Origin: an uncultured Pelagibacteraceae bacterium
GTDB lineage: Bacteria > Pseudomonadota > Alphaproteobacteria > Pelagibacterales > Pelagibacteraceae
Reading direction: 5' to 3'
Length of the DNA stretch: 64,000 bases
Assembly: GCA_902589725.1 (NCBI GenBank)
Contig: CACITU010000003.1
Span: 20,655-84,654 of the forward strand
Every line of letters begins with the position of its first letter. Positions within the stretch are counted from its first letter, which is position 1. The notes under the pieces were generated by a model, which ran no database searches, had not been told where the DNA came from, and worked only from the letters and a program-made list of their open reading frames with translations. This document shows, one piece after another, positions 12,435 to 21,687 of this stretch. The position numbers and the translations under genes are program-made.

Positions 12435-12489
12435 GGATAGTCCTTCTTAGCCATCTTTAGCTCCCGGTTTTTAAGGACTATCCTTTTTT
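12435..12489 (+). ncRNA. Candidate structured RNA (hairpin plus U-tract) directly upstream of the LysE/RhtB gene
   Basis: GGATAGTCCTT (12435-12445) pairs perfectly with AAGGACTATCC (12473-12483). Inner AGCC/GGTT stem, 13-nt pyrimidine-rich loop, then T6. TGnTATTAT (extended -10-like) at 12421-12429. Confidence 0.6.
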
Positions 12490-13104
12490 ATGCTCCCCCT
12501 AGATTTTATACTTTATCTACAGATAATTATTTTTTTATTTATTACACCTGGAACTCCCAGGATTGTAATTATTTCTTATTCAATGAATTACGGTATTGGA
12601 AAATGTGTATGGTCTGCTTTAGGAGACGTAACTGCAAATTTGATACAGGCAACTTTAGTTATTTTTGTCATAGGGTCTTTTTTTTCAGAGAACTCAATGG
12701 CACTTAATGTGTTTAAATGGATCGGAATAGTTTATTTGTTATATTTAGCTTATGATATTTATAAATCTCGACCAAAAAGAATTTCAAATGAAGGAGAAAT
12801 AAAAAAAAGCAACTTATCTTTTTTTAGAGATGGTTTTCTAGTTGCTGGTACAAGTCCTAAGGCTTGGATGTTTTTTCCATTTATTTTTCCTCAATTTATT
12901 GACTTTAATTCTAATTTATTGGTTCAATTTGTAATTTTAATTACAACTTACATCGTTTTAGATTTTTTATCTTTGATTGGTTACGCAATGCTCGCACAAA
13001 AATTAATAAAGTGGATAACTGCTAATCCAAAAACAATTAATACAATTTCTGCGAGTGTTTTAGTAATTATTGCCGTAATAATTGTTGTAACTCAACAATA
13101 TTAA
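12490..13104 (+). CDS. LysE/RhtB family amino acid exporter
   Basis: ITPGTP, YLLYLAY, FRDGFLVAGTSPKAWMFF; about 200 aa membrane protein. Confidence 0.88.
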   Translation: MLPLDFILYLQIIIFLFITPGTPRIVIISYSMNYGIGKCVWSALGDVTANLIQATLVIFVIGSFFSENSMALNVFKWIGIVYLLYLAYDIYKSRPKRISNEGEIKKSNLSFFRDGFLVAGTSPKAWMFFPFIFPQFIDFNSNLLVQFVILITTYIVLDFLSLIGYAMLAQKLIKWITANPKTINTISASVLVIIAVIIVVTQQY

Positions 13105-13190
13105 TTAGATTTGGCCTTTATTGCCACTTGCATAAAATAAAATTTCTTTATTTAATCATTCTATAATTAATTAATTAAAGAGGAAATAAA

Positions 13191-14429
13191 ATGAGATTAA
13201 ATAAAATAATTTTAAGTTTTGTTTCTGCATTAGTAATTTTATTTTCAACTTCTGTTGCATCTTTTGCAAAAGTAGTTGGTGACAAAATTATTTTAGGTGC
13301 TGCGATTTCCTTAACTGGTAAATACTCATCTAATGGTGTTCATACTCAAAATGGTTATAACATGGCCGTTGATAGAATTAACAGCATGGGTGGTGTTAAA
13401 GTTGGTGGAAAGACTTATAAGTTTGACATTATTTATTACGATGATGAATCAAACCCTAAGAGAGCTGCACAGCTTGCAGAAAGATTAATATCACAAGATG
13501 GTGTTGAGTTTATGCTTGGCCCTTACAGTTCTGGTCTAACTAAAGCGATTGCTCCAGTGACAGAAAAATATGGTGTTCCAATGGTTGAAGCAAATGGTGC
13601 ATCTAGATCTTTGTTTACAAAAGGATACAAATATCTATTTGCTGTATTAGCCCCAGCTAATTTATATCTTGATGTTGCTATTGATTTAGCAGTTGAAAAG
13701 AATAATGGAAAACCAGTGACAGTAGCAATGGCATTTGAACAAGATGCGTTTTCTCAAGATGTTAGATTGGGAGTTTTAGATGCAATTAAAAGAACTGGCT
13801 CAAAAAAAGTAATTGATGATAAATTACCAAAAGAGTTAAATGATATGGCTGCAACATTAGTCAAAGTTAAACAAATGAAGCCAGATGTTCTTGTTGTATC
13901 AGGTCATACAAAAGGTGCACTTACTGCAATTAGACAAATTGCTGAAATGAAGGTAGATGTTCCAATGTTAGCTATGACTCACTGTGATGCTGCTAAGCTA
14001 TCAAAACAGCATGGCAAAAACTCACAGTACGCATTATGCGCTTCTCAATGGCACAAAACATTAACATATAAAGATAATTTCTTTAAAGATGGAATGACTT
14101 ATGCGGCTGACTTTGAGAAAGAGTTTGGATATGATCCACCTTATCAATCTGCAGAATCTTCTGCTGCATTGTTAGTATTTAAAGATGCTTTTGAGAGAGC
14201 AAATTCGTTTGATCAAAAGAAAGTAAGAGACGCTCTTGCAGCTACTAACATGCAAACATTCTATGGAAATATTAAATTTGCACCTGGTGGTCAAAATGTT
14301 GACAAACCTATGGTGCTTTTCCAAGTAATGTGTGATGACTCAGGAAAATGTGAGAACAAAGTTGTTGCGCCAACTAAATGGGCATCAGCTAAGTTAATAC
14401 ATCCTGTTCCTAAGTGGTCAGAAAGATAA
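13191..14429 (+). CDS. HAAT/LivJ-family ABC substrate-binding protein
   Basis: Signal peptide, SLTGKYS, YYDDESNP, LGPYSSG; SD AGAGG upstream. Context (glaH) suggests a dicarboxylate or amino acid ligand. Confidence 0.9.
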   Translation: MRLNKIILSFVSALVILFSTSVASFAKVVGDKIILGAAISLTGKYSSNGVHTQNGYNMAVDRINSMGGVKVGGKTYKFDIIYYDDESNPKRAAQLAERLISQDGVEFMLGPYSSGLTKAIAPVTEKYGVPMVEANGASRSLFTKGYKYLFAVLAPANLYLDVAIDLAVEKNNGKPVTVAMAFEQDAFSQDVRLGVLDAIKRTGSKKVIDDKLPKELNDMAATLVKVKQMKPDVLVVSGHTKGALTAIRQIAEMKVDVPMLAMTHCDAAKLSKQHGKNSQYALCASQWHKTLTYKDNFFKDGMTYAADFEKEFGYDPPYQSAESSAALLVFKDAFERANSFDQKKVRDALAATNMQTFYGNIKFAPGGQNVDKPMVLFQVMCDDSGKCENKVVAPTKWASAKLIHPVPKWSER

Positions 14430-14442
14430 AATAAAAAATATT

Positions 14443-14473
14443 AAAGCCCCCTAGTATTAGGGGGCTTTTTTTT
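14443..14473 (+). terminator. Intrinsic terminator or stabilising hairpin after the binding-protein gene
   Basis: AAAGCCCCCTA-GTAT-TAGGGGGCTTT followed by a T run. Confidence 0.85.
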
Positions 14474-14493
14474 ATATAACCCAAATACTTTTT

Positions 14494-15387
14494 ATGGATT
14501 TCATGGTTTTCCAATATCCGATGATAACGGTCCAAGCTTGCTTGGATGGAATCCTTCTTGGAATTTTATTTGCATTGATCGCTTACGGAATGGCTCTTCA
14601 ATGGGGAGTGATGAATATAATTAATATTGCACAAGGAGATCTTGTTATTCTGGGAGGATATATTGCCTATTTTATGTATCTTTATGGAATTCACCCAGCA
14701 TGGGGTGTGATTGTTGCACCAGTAATAATGTATTTCCTTGGTGTTCTAATTTACAAATTAGTTATTAATAAAGTAGTAGATAGAGACTTGTTTATCTCCA
14801 TATTAGCAACTTTTGGAATAAGCATTCTATTCATGCAATTAATGAATTTTGCATTTGGTGCAGACGTTGTCCTTGCAAACTCAGATTATGGAACAACGAT
14901 GTTGTTTAACAATAATGTCGTGTTACCAAACTCAAAATTGTTTTCAGCTTTTATAAGTATTTTATTCGCAATATGTCTAGTAATTTACATGAAAAAATCT
15001 AAGCTTGGACGTGCAATTAGAGCTACTGCACAAAATGCTAGAGCTGCTAAAATTTTAGGTGTAGATACAGAAAAAGTTTATGCAGCAACATTTGGAATTA
15101 ATGCTGCTCTTTGTGGTGTTGCTGGAGCTTTAATTTCGATAACATTTACAATTCACCCTTACATGGGATTACCATATACAATTCGATCATTTATGATCGT
15201 TATTGTTGCGGGCTTAGGAAACTTACCAGGAGTTGCAATGTCTGGTATGGGTCTTGGTGTATTTGAAGAATTTGCAGACTATATTCTAGGAACAGAGTTT
15301 AGAATTGGTTCTGTATTTTTACTATTAGTATTAATTTTAGTTTACAGAAGATTTAAACTTTCGAGAAAAAGAGAGTACCTAAAGTGA
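14494..15387 (+). CDS. livH: HAAT ABC permease (LivH-like)
   Basis: GVMNIINIAQGD, LGRAIRATAQN, AKILGVD. Confidence 0.9.
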   Translation: MDFMVFQYPMITVQACLDGILLGILFALIAYGMALQWGVMNIINIAQGDLVILGGYIAYFMYLYGIHPAWGVIVAPVIMYFLGVLIYKLVINKVVDRDLFISILATFGISILFMQLMNFAFGADVVLANSDYGTTMLFNNNVVLPNSKLFSAFISILFAICLVIYMKKSKLGRAIRATAQNARAAKILGVDTEKVYAATFGINAALCGVAGALISITFTIHPYMGLPYTIRSFMIVIVAGLGNLPGVAMSGMGLGVFEEFADYILGTEFRIGSVFLLLVLILVYRRFKLSRKREYLK

Positions 15388-15566
15388 AAAAAGTTGAAAT
15401 TACAGATGATACTGGAAAATTAATTAAAGTTGATATCGAAAAATTTAAAAAACATATAGATGAATATCATTTAAATGGATCTAGCGTGCATGAAGAAAAT
15501 GGACATTACTTCACAGTTGACCAAAAATTTAGAGATAAAATAAACAGCTTATATGAACAAGAATAA
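15384..15566 (+). CDS. Small hypothetical protein (60 aa) inside the ABC operon
   Basis: GTG start overlaps the livH stop (GTGA); the 3' end overlaps the livM start; fills the gap exactly. Confidence 0.65.
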   Translation: MKKVEITDDTGKLIKVDIEKFKKHIDEYHLNGSSVHEENGHYFTVDQKFRDKINSLYEQE

Positions 15567-16605
15567 TTTAATTTTATACTCTGGTATTTTGATTTTTGGT
15601 TTAGCAGCCCCATTCCTTTTTCCAGCTTTTAAAGTTCAGTTGTCAATATTATGTGTGTTGATAGTTCTCGCGACCACTTGGAATATCCAAGGTGGGGAGA
15701 TGGGTTATAATTCATTTGGAAATATATTATTCTATGGTCTTGGGATGTATCTTTGTGCATCAGTTCAAGTTGGAATGTTCTTTCCATTGGCGGAATGGAC
15801 AGAGAGTGGTGGTGAAAAAACATTTGTTCATACTCCTGCTCAATTTTTTCAAGGAATGGCTGTTGGGTTAGTTGTTGCAGCTATAGTTCCAACCATTATT
15901 GCTGGTTTAATTGGATATTCAATTTTAGGTCTAAGAGGGCATTACTTTGCAATCTGTACATTAGGTTTAGGCGTGGCAGCAGGTGAAATTTCTGGAGGAA
16001 TAGAAATTATTGGTGCAGGTCAAGGATTTACAACACCCCCATTTCCAGACGTTGGGAGTTTAGAAGCAAGAGGAGAGTTTTTTTATTTCTTAAGTTTCTT
16101 TACTTTAATTCTGACATTTATTGCAGTGCGTTCAATTTATTCTACAAGATTTAAATTAATTCTTAATGCTATCAGAGACAATGAAGATAAAGCTGAAGCA
16201 ATGGGTATTGAAACAATGAAATATAAAATTATTGGCTGGATGATCTCAGCTTTCTTTTGCGGATTAGCTGGTGGAATAATGGGTGGATTAGTTGGTTATA
16301 TAGACTCTACTGATGTTGCCTTTGACGGAAGAGAGATGGGAGTATTCATGGTATTGATGGCAATACTTGGTGGAAAAGGAACACTTTGGGGTCCAATTAT
16401 AGGTGCAACTATATTTCATATATTTAAAGAGGGTTTTTGGACATTCTTTTTAGGTTGGCAGTATGTAGCTCTTGGAGTTTTGATTGTTGTAATTGTAATT
16501 TATTTCCCAGAGGGAATTATGGGATGGTTAAGAGAAAAATACCCCGAACGATTTGGTGAGGTAGTAGATGAGAAAGATCATAAAGCACAGGTAGAACTTA
16601 AATGA
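15553..16605 (+). CDS. livM: HAAT ABC permease (LivM-like)
   Basis: LRGHYFAICTL, AIRDNEDKAEAMGI, ILGGKGTLWGP. Confidence 0.9.
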   Translation: MNKNNLILYSGILIFGLAAPFLFPAFKVQLSILCVLIVLATTWNIQGGEMGYNSFGNILFYGLGMYLCASVQVGMFFPLAEWTESGGEKTFVHTPAQFFQGMAVGLVVAAIVPTIIAGLIGYSILGLRGHYFAICTLGLGVAAGEISGGIEIIGAGQGFTTPPFPDVGSLEARGEFFYFLSFFTLILTFIAVRSIYSTRFKLILNAIRDNEDKAEAMGIETMKYKIIGWMISAFFCGLAGGIMGGLVGYIDSTDVAFDGREMGVFMVLMAILGGKGTLWGPIIGATIFHIFKEGFWTFFLGWQYVALGVLIVVIVIYFPEGIMGWLREKYPERFGEVVDEKDHKAQVELK

Positions 16606-17342
16606 GTATTTTAGAAGTTAGCAATGTAAGCAAATCATTTGGTGGCGTTAAAGCTAATGTTGATATCTCAATGAATGTTGAAAAAGGAAAGATAGTTGGA
16701 TTGATTGGACCAAATGGTTCAGGAAAAACTACATTATTTAATTCGATTGTAGGGACTTATCCAATAGATAATGGATCTATAAAATTTAATGGAAAAGAAG
16801 TTTCTGAGTTACCAGTTCCCGTAATTGCTAAGTTAGGATTATTGAGAACATTTCAGCAAACAAGAATTTATGGAAAGCTTAATTGTATAGAAAATATGCT
16901 TATTAGTCATAAAGGTAGTGACGCAGATTTAATGAAAATATTTTCAAAAATTCCACAAGAATTAACAGATAAAGCAGAAAATTTATTAAATTTTGTAGGT
17001 TTATATCAAAAAAGAAAGCTAAGAGCTGGAGATCTGTCTTTTGGTCAGCAAAAATTACTAGAGCTTGCTATGGCATTAATGAATGAACCAGAGATGTTAT
17101 TACTAGATGAACCCACGGCTGGAATTAATCCGACACTGATAAATGGTATTATTGATAGATTAATTAAAGTTAACCAAGATTTTGGGATTACTCTTTTGGT
17201 TATTGAACACAATATGAGAGTGATTATGCAATTAGCAGAAAATATTTTTTGTTTAGCTCATGGTAAAATGTTAGCTAATGGATCGCCAGACGAAATTAAA
17301 AACGATAAACGTGTTATTGACGCGTATTTAGGAGCTCAATAA
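16602..17342 (+). CDS. livG: HAAT ABC ATP-binding protein (LivG-like)
   Basis: GPNGSGKTT, RTFQ, LSFGQQK, LLDEP, IEHNM, AYLG. Confidence 0.92.
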   Translation: MSILEVSNVSKSFGGVKANVDISMNVEKGKIVGLIGPNGSGKTTLFNSIVGTYPIDNGSIKFNGKEVSELPVPVIAKLGLLRTFQQTRIYGKLNCIENMLISHKGSDADLMKIFSKIPQELTDKAENLLNFVGLYQKRKLRAGDLSFGQQKLLELAMALMNEPEMLLLDEPTAGINPTLINGIIDRLIKVNQDFGITLLVIEHNMRVIMQLAENIFCLAHGKMLANGSPDEIKNDKRVIDAYLGAQ

Positions 17343-18127
17343 TGGCTAATCAATATGAAGTACTAGGAAAAGCTCCTACACCAGATGATTTAAAAAAATT
17401 ATCTCCAAACGAAGTTCATTTAACTATTAAAAATTTAAACGCAGGTTATGGAAAAATGGAAATTTTACACAACTTTGATTTATTCGTGAATAAAGCTCAG
17501 TCTTTATGTTTAATTGGACCTAATGGTGCAGGTAAATCTACAATTCTTCATTCAATATATGGTTTTACAAATATTTTTTCTGGTCAAATTGAACTTGAAG
17601 GTAAAGAAATTACAAATCTTACCCCAGCAGAAAAGCTAAAGTCAGTTGGTATAGCTTATATATTGCAGGATAACTCTGTATTTCCAGATATGACAGTAGA
17701 AGAAAACTTATTAATGGGAGGATATATAAAAGAAAAAACAGATGAATCGTATGAAGAGGCTGAAAGAATTTTTGAAAAGTATGAAAGGTTAAGAAATAGA
17801 AGAAACCAACCTGCAAAAGTTTTATCCGGTGGGGAGAGAAGATTGCTAGAAATATCTAGAGCGTTAGTTATGAAACCTTCAGTGCTTTTAGTAGACGAAC
17901 CGTCAATTGGACTTGAACCTAGATATATTGAGATGGTTTTTGAAATATTAAGAGATCTTCAGCAAAATGAAAAAAAAACAATCATTCTAGTAGAACAAAA
18001 TGCCAAAAAAGGATTGGAGTTTGCAGATATAGGATACGTTTTAGTATCTGGGCAAACTGCAATTGCAGGTAAAGGAGACGATTTACTTCAAAATCCTGAT
18101 GTTGGTAGACTGTTCCTAGGTGGATAA
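17342..18127 (+). CDS. livF: HAAT ABC ATP-binding protein (LivF-like)
   Basis: GPNGAGKST, LSGGE, DEPSIGL, VEQNA, FLGG. Confidence 0.92.
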   Translation: MANQYEVLGKAPTPDDLKKLSPNEVHLTIKNLNAGYGKMEILHNFDLFVNKAQSLCLIGPNGAGKSTILHSIYGFTNIFSGQIELEGKEITNLTPAEKLKSVGIAYILQDNSVFPDMTVEENLLMGGYIKEKTDESYEEAERIFEKYERLRNRRNQPAKVLSGGERRLLEISRALVMKPSVLLVDEPSIGLEPRYIEMVFEILRDLQQNEKKTIILVEQNAKKGLEFADIGYVLVSGQTAIAGKGDDLLQNPDVGRLFLGG

Positions 18128-18831
18128 TGATTAATAAAAATTTTTTCTTTAAAGGATATAGATCTATATTTACTCATGATAGTCCAGCTATAGCTCTTAC
18201 TTGTTGCTTTATAGCTATTGGTGCTCTGTTTAAAAATTTAGGTTTCAATATTCAAGAAAGTATTTTTTCAACTGTTTTAACTTATGCTTTACCGGGTTCA
18301 TTGGTGATGGCAGAGTCTATGTTGATTGGAGCATCTTTATTAAATATTTTTCTAGCGGTTTGGTTCGTAAATGCTCGACTTTATCCAATGGCTGTATCTT
18401 TATTTCCTTTAATGATGCACAAGTCTCAACCTAAGTGGAAGTATTACTTTTCTTGTCATTTTATTGCTGTTTCTGCATGGCTAATCATGAAAAGCAATTA
18501 TAAAAAAATTCCAAAAGAATATAGGATCGATTACTGGATTGGAATTGGAACTGCAACAGTAAGTGTATCTGTTATTGGAACGTTTATAGGTTTTTATTTT
18601 TCAGAATTCATGAATAAAGATATGATGATTGGATTAGCAATTCTTAATCCAGTATATTTTTTATGCATGATGGTAGGAGCATCAAAAACTATACAAGTTA
18701 CATTATCTGTCTTACTTGGAATAATTTTAGGACCAATTATTTATTTATTTTCAACTGAGTGGTCAATTCTGTTAGCAGGTGTAATCGGTGGAACTATAGC
18801 TTATTTAGTTGGAGAGTATAATGTCAGCTAA
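18127..18831 (+). CDS. azlC: AzlC family branched-chain amino acid exporter subunit
   Basis: Membrane protein with VNARLYPM; paired with a small AzlD-like gene. Confidence 0.8.
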   Translation: MINKNFFFKGYRSIFTHDSPAIALTCCFIAIGALFKNLGFNIQESIFSTVLTYALPGSLVMAESMLIGASLLNIFLAVWFVNARLYPMAVSLFPLMMHKSQPKWKYYFSCHFIAVSAWLIMKSNYKKIPKEYRIDYWIGIGTATVSVSVIGTFIGFYFSEFMNKDMMIGLAILNPVYFLCMMVGASKTIQVTLSVLLGIILGPIIYLFSTEWSILLAGVIGGTIAYLVGEYNVS

Positions 18832-19144
18832 TATCGTCTATGCAATTTTAGTTACATCTCTTGCTACATTTTTATCTAGATTTTTAGGTGCTCTTACCTC
18901 TCAAGGTATTAAGGAAACATCAAAACTTTTTAAGTGGTTTAATTGTTTAGCCTATGCAACTTTAGCAGCATTAATAGCAAGAACTATAATTTTTCCTGCT
19001 GGCGTGTTAACAGAATCTAGTTATTACAGTAGATCAATTGTTGTATTTTTATCCTTGTTTGTTTTTTTTATTTCTAAGAAAAACTTTGTTTATCCTACAA
19101 TTTTCTCAGCTATTTGTATGGCAATAATTAACAATTATATCTGA
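18821..19144 (+). CDS. azlD: AzlD family membrane protein
   Basis: About 107 aa hydrophobic protein, ATFLSRFLG; GGAG SD before ATG 18821; overlaps azlC. Confidence 0.75.
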   Translation: MSANIVYAILVTSLATFLSRFLGALTSQGIKETSKLFKWFNCLAYATLAALIARTIIFPAGVLTESSYYSRSIVVFLSLFVFFISKKNFVYPTIFSAICMAIINNYI

Positions 19145-19183
19145 TTAAATTGATTTATAAAATAAGGTAAAATAAAATTTAGA

Positions 19184-20095
19184 ATGCAAAAAATTACAGG
19201 CATAGACATTCAAAAACATGATAAATCAAATAGGATTATAAAAATTAGTTTAGAAAATGATATAATAGATAAATTAATTTTCCCTTTTAATAAATTTGAT
19301 TTAACAGCATTAGAGCTAAAACCATTTACAAGATTTACTTTAGCTAAAAGTTTAGATGATTTAACAAATAATAAATTAAGTGAATTAATGAACTCAATTA
19401 TTAGAGACAGATCTACAGGTTGCTTTATTATTGGACCAAAAAATATAACTGCAAAAATTAATGATACATTTTTAGTAAAGTTATCAACTGCAATAGCTCA
19501 TCTAATTGGAGTACCTAATCATGATGCTATGGCAGGAAAATATTATGCTCGTTTTCATGTTAAACATGAGGATAGTAGTGACTCTTATTTAAGAAAGGCT
19601 TATAGGAATATGGATCTTCATACAGATGGGACATATGTGAAAGATGTAACCGATTGGTTAATTATGACAAAAATTGACGAGCAAAATGTTGAAGGTGGTG
19701 AGACAGCTATGTTGCACCTTGATGATTGGGAGCATTGTGATGATTTATACAATGATCCGGTTGGGAGACAAAATTTTGTTTGGGGGTCACCAAAAAGTAA
19801 AAATATTGATTACAAAGTAGAGCACCCAGTCTTTTCAACTGATAAAGAGGGAAGACCAACGATATCTTATATAGATCAATTTCCAGAACCTCAAAATATG
19901 GATCAAGGAAATTTTTTACAAAGATTATCTGATGCATTAGAGGAAAGTAAAAATAAAATAATTACAAAATTACCTGTTGGGTTCTCTGTGATTGCAAATA
20001 ATTATTTCTGGCTTCATGGCAGAAAACCCTTCAAAGAAAACAAGGAATTAAGCAGAGAATTACTAAGAATTAGAGGTTCTTTTTTTGTTAATTAA
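19184..20095 (+). CDS. glaH: Glutarate 2-hydroxylase (CsiD/GlaH), Fe(II)/2OG dependent
   Basis: YYARF, DSYLR, LHTDGTYV, LLHLDDW-like MLHLDDW, YIDQF, NNYFWLHGR, RELLRIRG. Confidence 0.92.
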   Translation: MQKITGIDIQKHDKSNRIIKISLENDIIDKLIFPFNKFDLTALELKPFTRFTLAKSLDDLTNNKLSELMNSIIRDRSTGCFIIGPKNITAKINDTFLVKLSTAIAHLIGVPNHDAMAGKYYARFHVKHEDSSDSYLRKAYRNMDLHTDGTYVKDVTDWLIMTKIDEQNVEGGETAMLHLDDWEHCDDLYNDPVGRQNFVWGSPKSKNIDYKVEHPVFSTDKEGRPTISYIDQFPEPQNMDQGNFLQRLSDALEESKNKIITKLPVGFSVIANNYFWLHGRKPFKENKELSRELLRIRGSFFVN

Positions 20096-20125
20096 TTCAA
20101 TATAATCAATATAAAGTATCCAATT

Positions 20126-20893
20126 ATGAATTTAGGTTTTATCGGCACTGGAAAAATTGCAGCTTCAGTGATTACTGGAATATGTAAATCAAAAATTTCC
20201 TATAAGAAAATTATTATTTCTCCTAGAAATAAAAAAATAGCTCTTGGGTTAAAAAGAAAGTTTAAAAAAATAGTTATTGCAAAGGATAATCAACAAATTG
20301 TAGATCAATCTAATTGGGTATTTTTATCTGTTACACCTACTGTTGGTGAAAAAATTATTAAAGATTTAAAATTTAAATCGACCCAAACAGTTGTTAGTTT
20401 TATTTCAACAATTACTTTATCTCAATTAAAGAAAGCAATTAAAGTAAAAGCAAAAATTGTAAGAGCAATACCTCTACCTCCAATTTCATTAAAGAAAGGT
20501 CCTGTACCTATTTGTCCCCCTAATTCAAAAGTTAAAGCGTTTTTCAATAACTTGGGCACAACTGTAGAAATTAAGAATGAAAAATCGTCTATAAATTTTT
20601 GGTCAACCTCTGGCATGATGGCGCCTTTTTATGAGATGTTGAGAGTAATGACTGATTGGTTGGTAAAAAGAGGGGTAAAAAGAAACAATGCTCAAAAATA
20701 TATTACTTCTTTATTTTTAGCTTTATCTGAAGATGCTGTAGTAAATTCAAAAGAAAATTTAAAGAATTTAGTAAAAGAGTCTCAAACGCCAAAAGGTTTA
20801 AATGAACAAGGTGTGAAAGAATTAACTAAAGCTGGATTTTATAGATCTCTAGAAAGAACATTAAATAGTATTCACAGAAGACTTAACAAATAA
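20126..20893 (+). CDS. Pyrroline-5-carboxylate reductase-like NAD(P)-dependent oxidoreductase
   Basis: GFIGTGKI Rossmann motif, ProC-like C-terminus (QTPKGLNEQG); divergent from canonical ProC. Confidence 0.75.
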   Translation: MNLGFIGTGKIAASVITGICKSKISYKKIIISPRNKKIALGLKRKFKKIVIAKDNQQIVDQSNWVFLSVTPTVGEKIIKDLKFKSTQTVVSFISTITLSQLKKAIKVKAKIVRAIPLPPISLKKGPVPICPPNSKVKAFFNNLGTTVEIKNEKSSINFWSTSGMMAPFYEMLRVMTDWLVKRGVKRNNAQKYITSLFLALSEDAVVNSKENLKNLVKESQTPKGLNEQGVKELTKAGFYRSLERTLNSIHRRLNK

Positions 20894-20898
20894 ATCAA

Positions 20899-21687
20899 AT
20901 GTCTGAAAATATTTTAGAGATTAATAATTTAAGTAAATATTTTGGTGGATTAGCTGCAGTTTCAGATTGTTCAATAAAAGTTAAAAGAGGAACTATCACT
21001 GGTATCATTGGGCCAAATGGATCTGGTAAAACAACTTTATTTAATTTAATTGCTGGAAACTTAAAATCCTCTGGTGGCAATGTTGTTTTTGATGATGAAA
21101 ATATTACTGATGTTCCATCTTATGAATTATTTTCTAAAGGGTTGTTAAGAACATTTCAAATTGCACATGAGTTTTCAAATTTATCTGTTTTAGAAAATTT
21201 AATGATGGTTCCAGGAAATCAATCTGGAGAAAAAATAATGACAGCATTATTTAAACCAGGTTTAGTTGCACAAGAAGAGGCTGTGGTTAAAGAGAAAGCG
21301 AAAGAAGTTGTTGAATTTTTAAATTTAGGACATTTATCAAATGAGCTAGCTGGAAATCTTTCAGGTGGACAAAAAAAATTATTAGAACTTGGAAGAACCA
21401 TGATGGTTGATGCAAAATTAGTATTATTAGATGAAGTAGGAGCTGGAGTTAACAGAACTTTGTTAAAAGATCTTGGAACTGCAATAGAAAAGTTAAATAA
21501 AGAAAAAGGTTATACTTTTTGTATGATTGAACATGATATGGATTTTATTGGAAGATTATGTGATCCAGTAATTGTTATGGCTGAGGGATCAGTTTTGTTT
21601 GAAGGGACTGTTGACGAAGCAAAAAAAGATGAGAAAGTTATTGAAAGCTATCTTGGAAGAGGATCAAAATTAAAGGATACAAATTAA
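20899..21687 (+). CDS. livG: HAAT ABC ATP-binding protein (LivG-like), second system
   Basis: GPNGSGKTT, RTFQ, LSGGQKK, IEHDM, SYLG. Confidence 0.92.
   Translation: MSENILEINNLSKYFGGLAAVSDCSIKVKRGTITGIIGPNGSGKTTLFNLIAGNLKSSGGNVVFDDENITDVPSYELFSKGLLRTFQIAHEFSNLSVLENLMMVPGNQSGEKIMTALFKPGLVAQEEAVVKEKAKEVVEFLNLGHLSNELAGNLSGGQKKLLELGRTMMVDAKLVLLDEVGAGVNRTLLKDLGTAIEKLNKEKGYTFCMIEHDMDFIGRLCDPVIVMAEGSVLFEGTVDEAKKDEKVIESYLGRGSKLKDTN

Noticed and set aside
13111-13125. Sigma54-like TGGC...TTGC site upstream of the binding-protein gene
   Set aside because: GG to GC spacing is 2 nt too short for a -24/-12 promoter.
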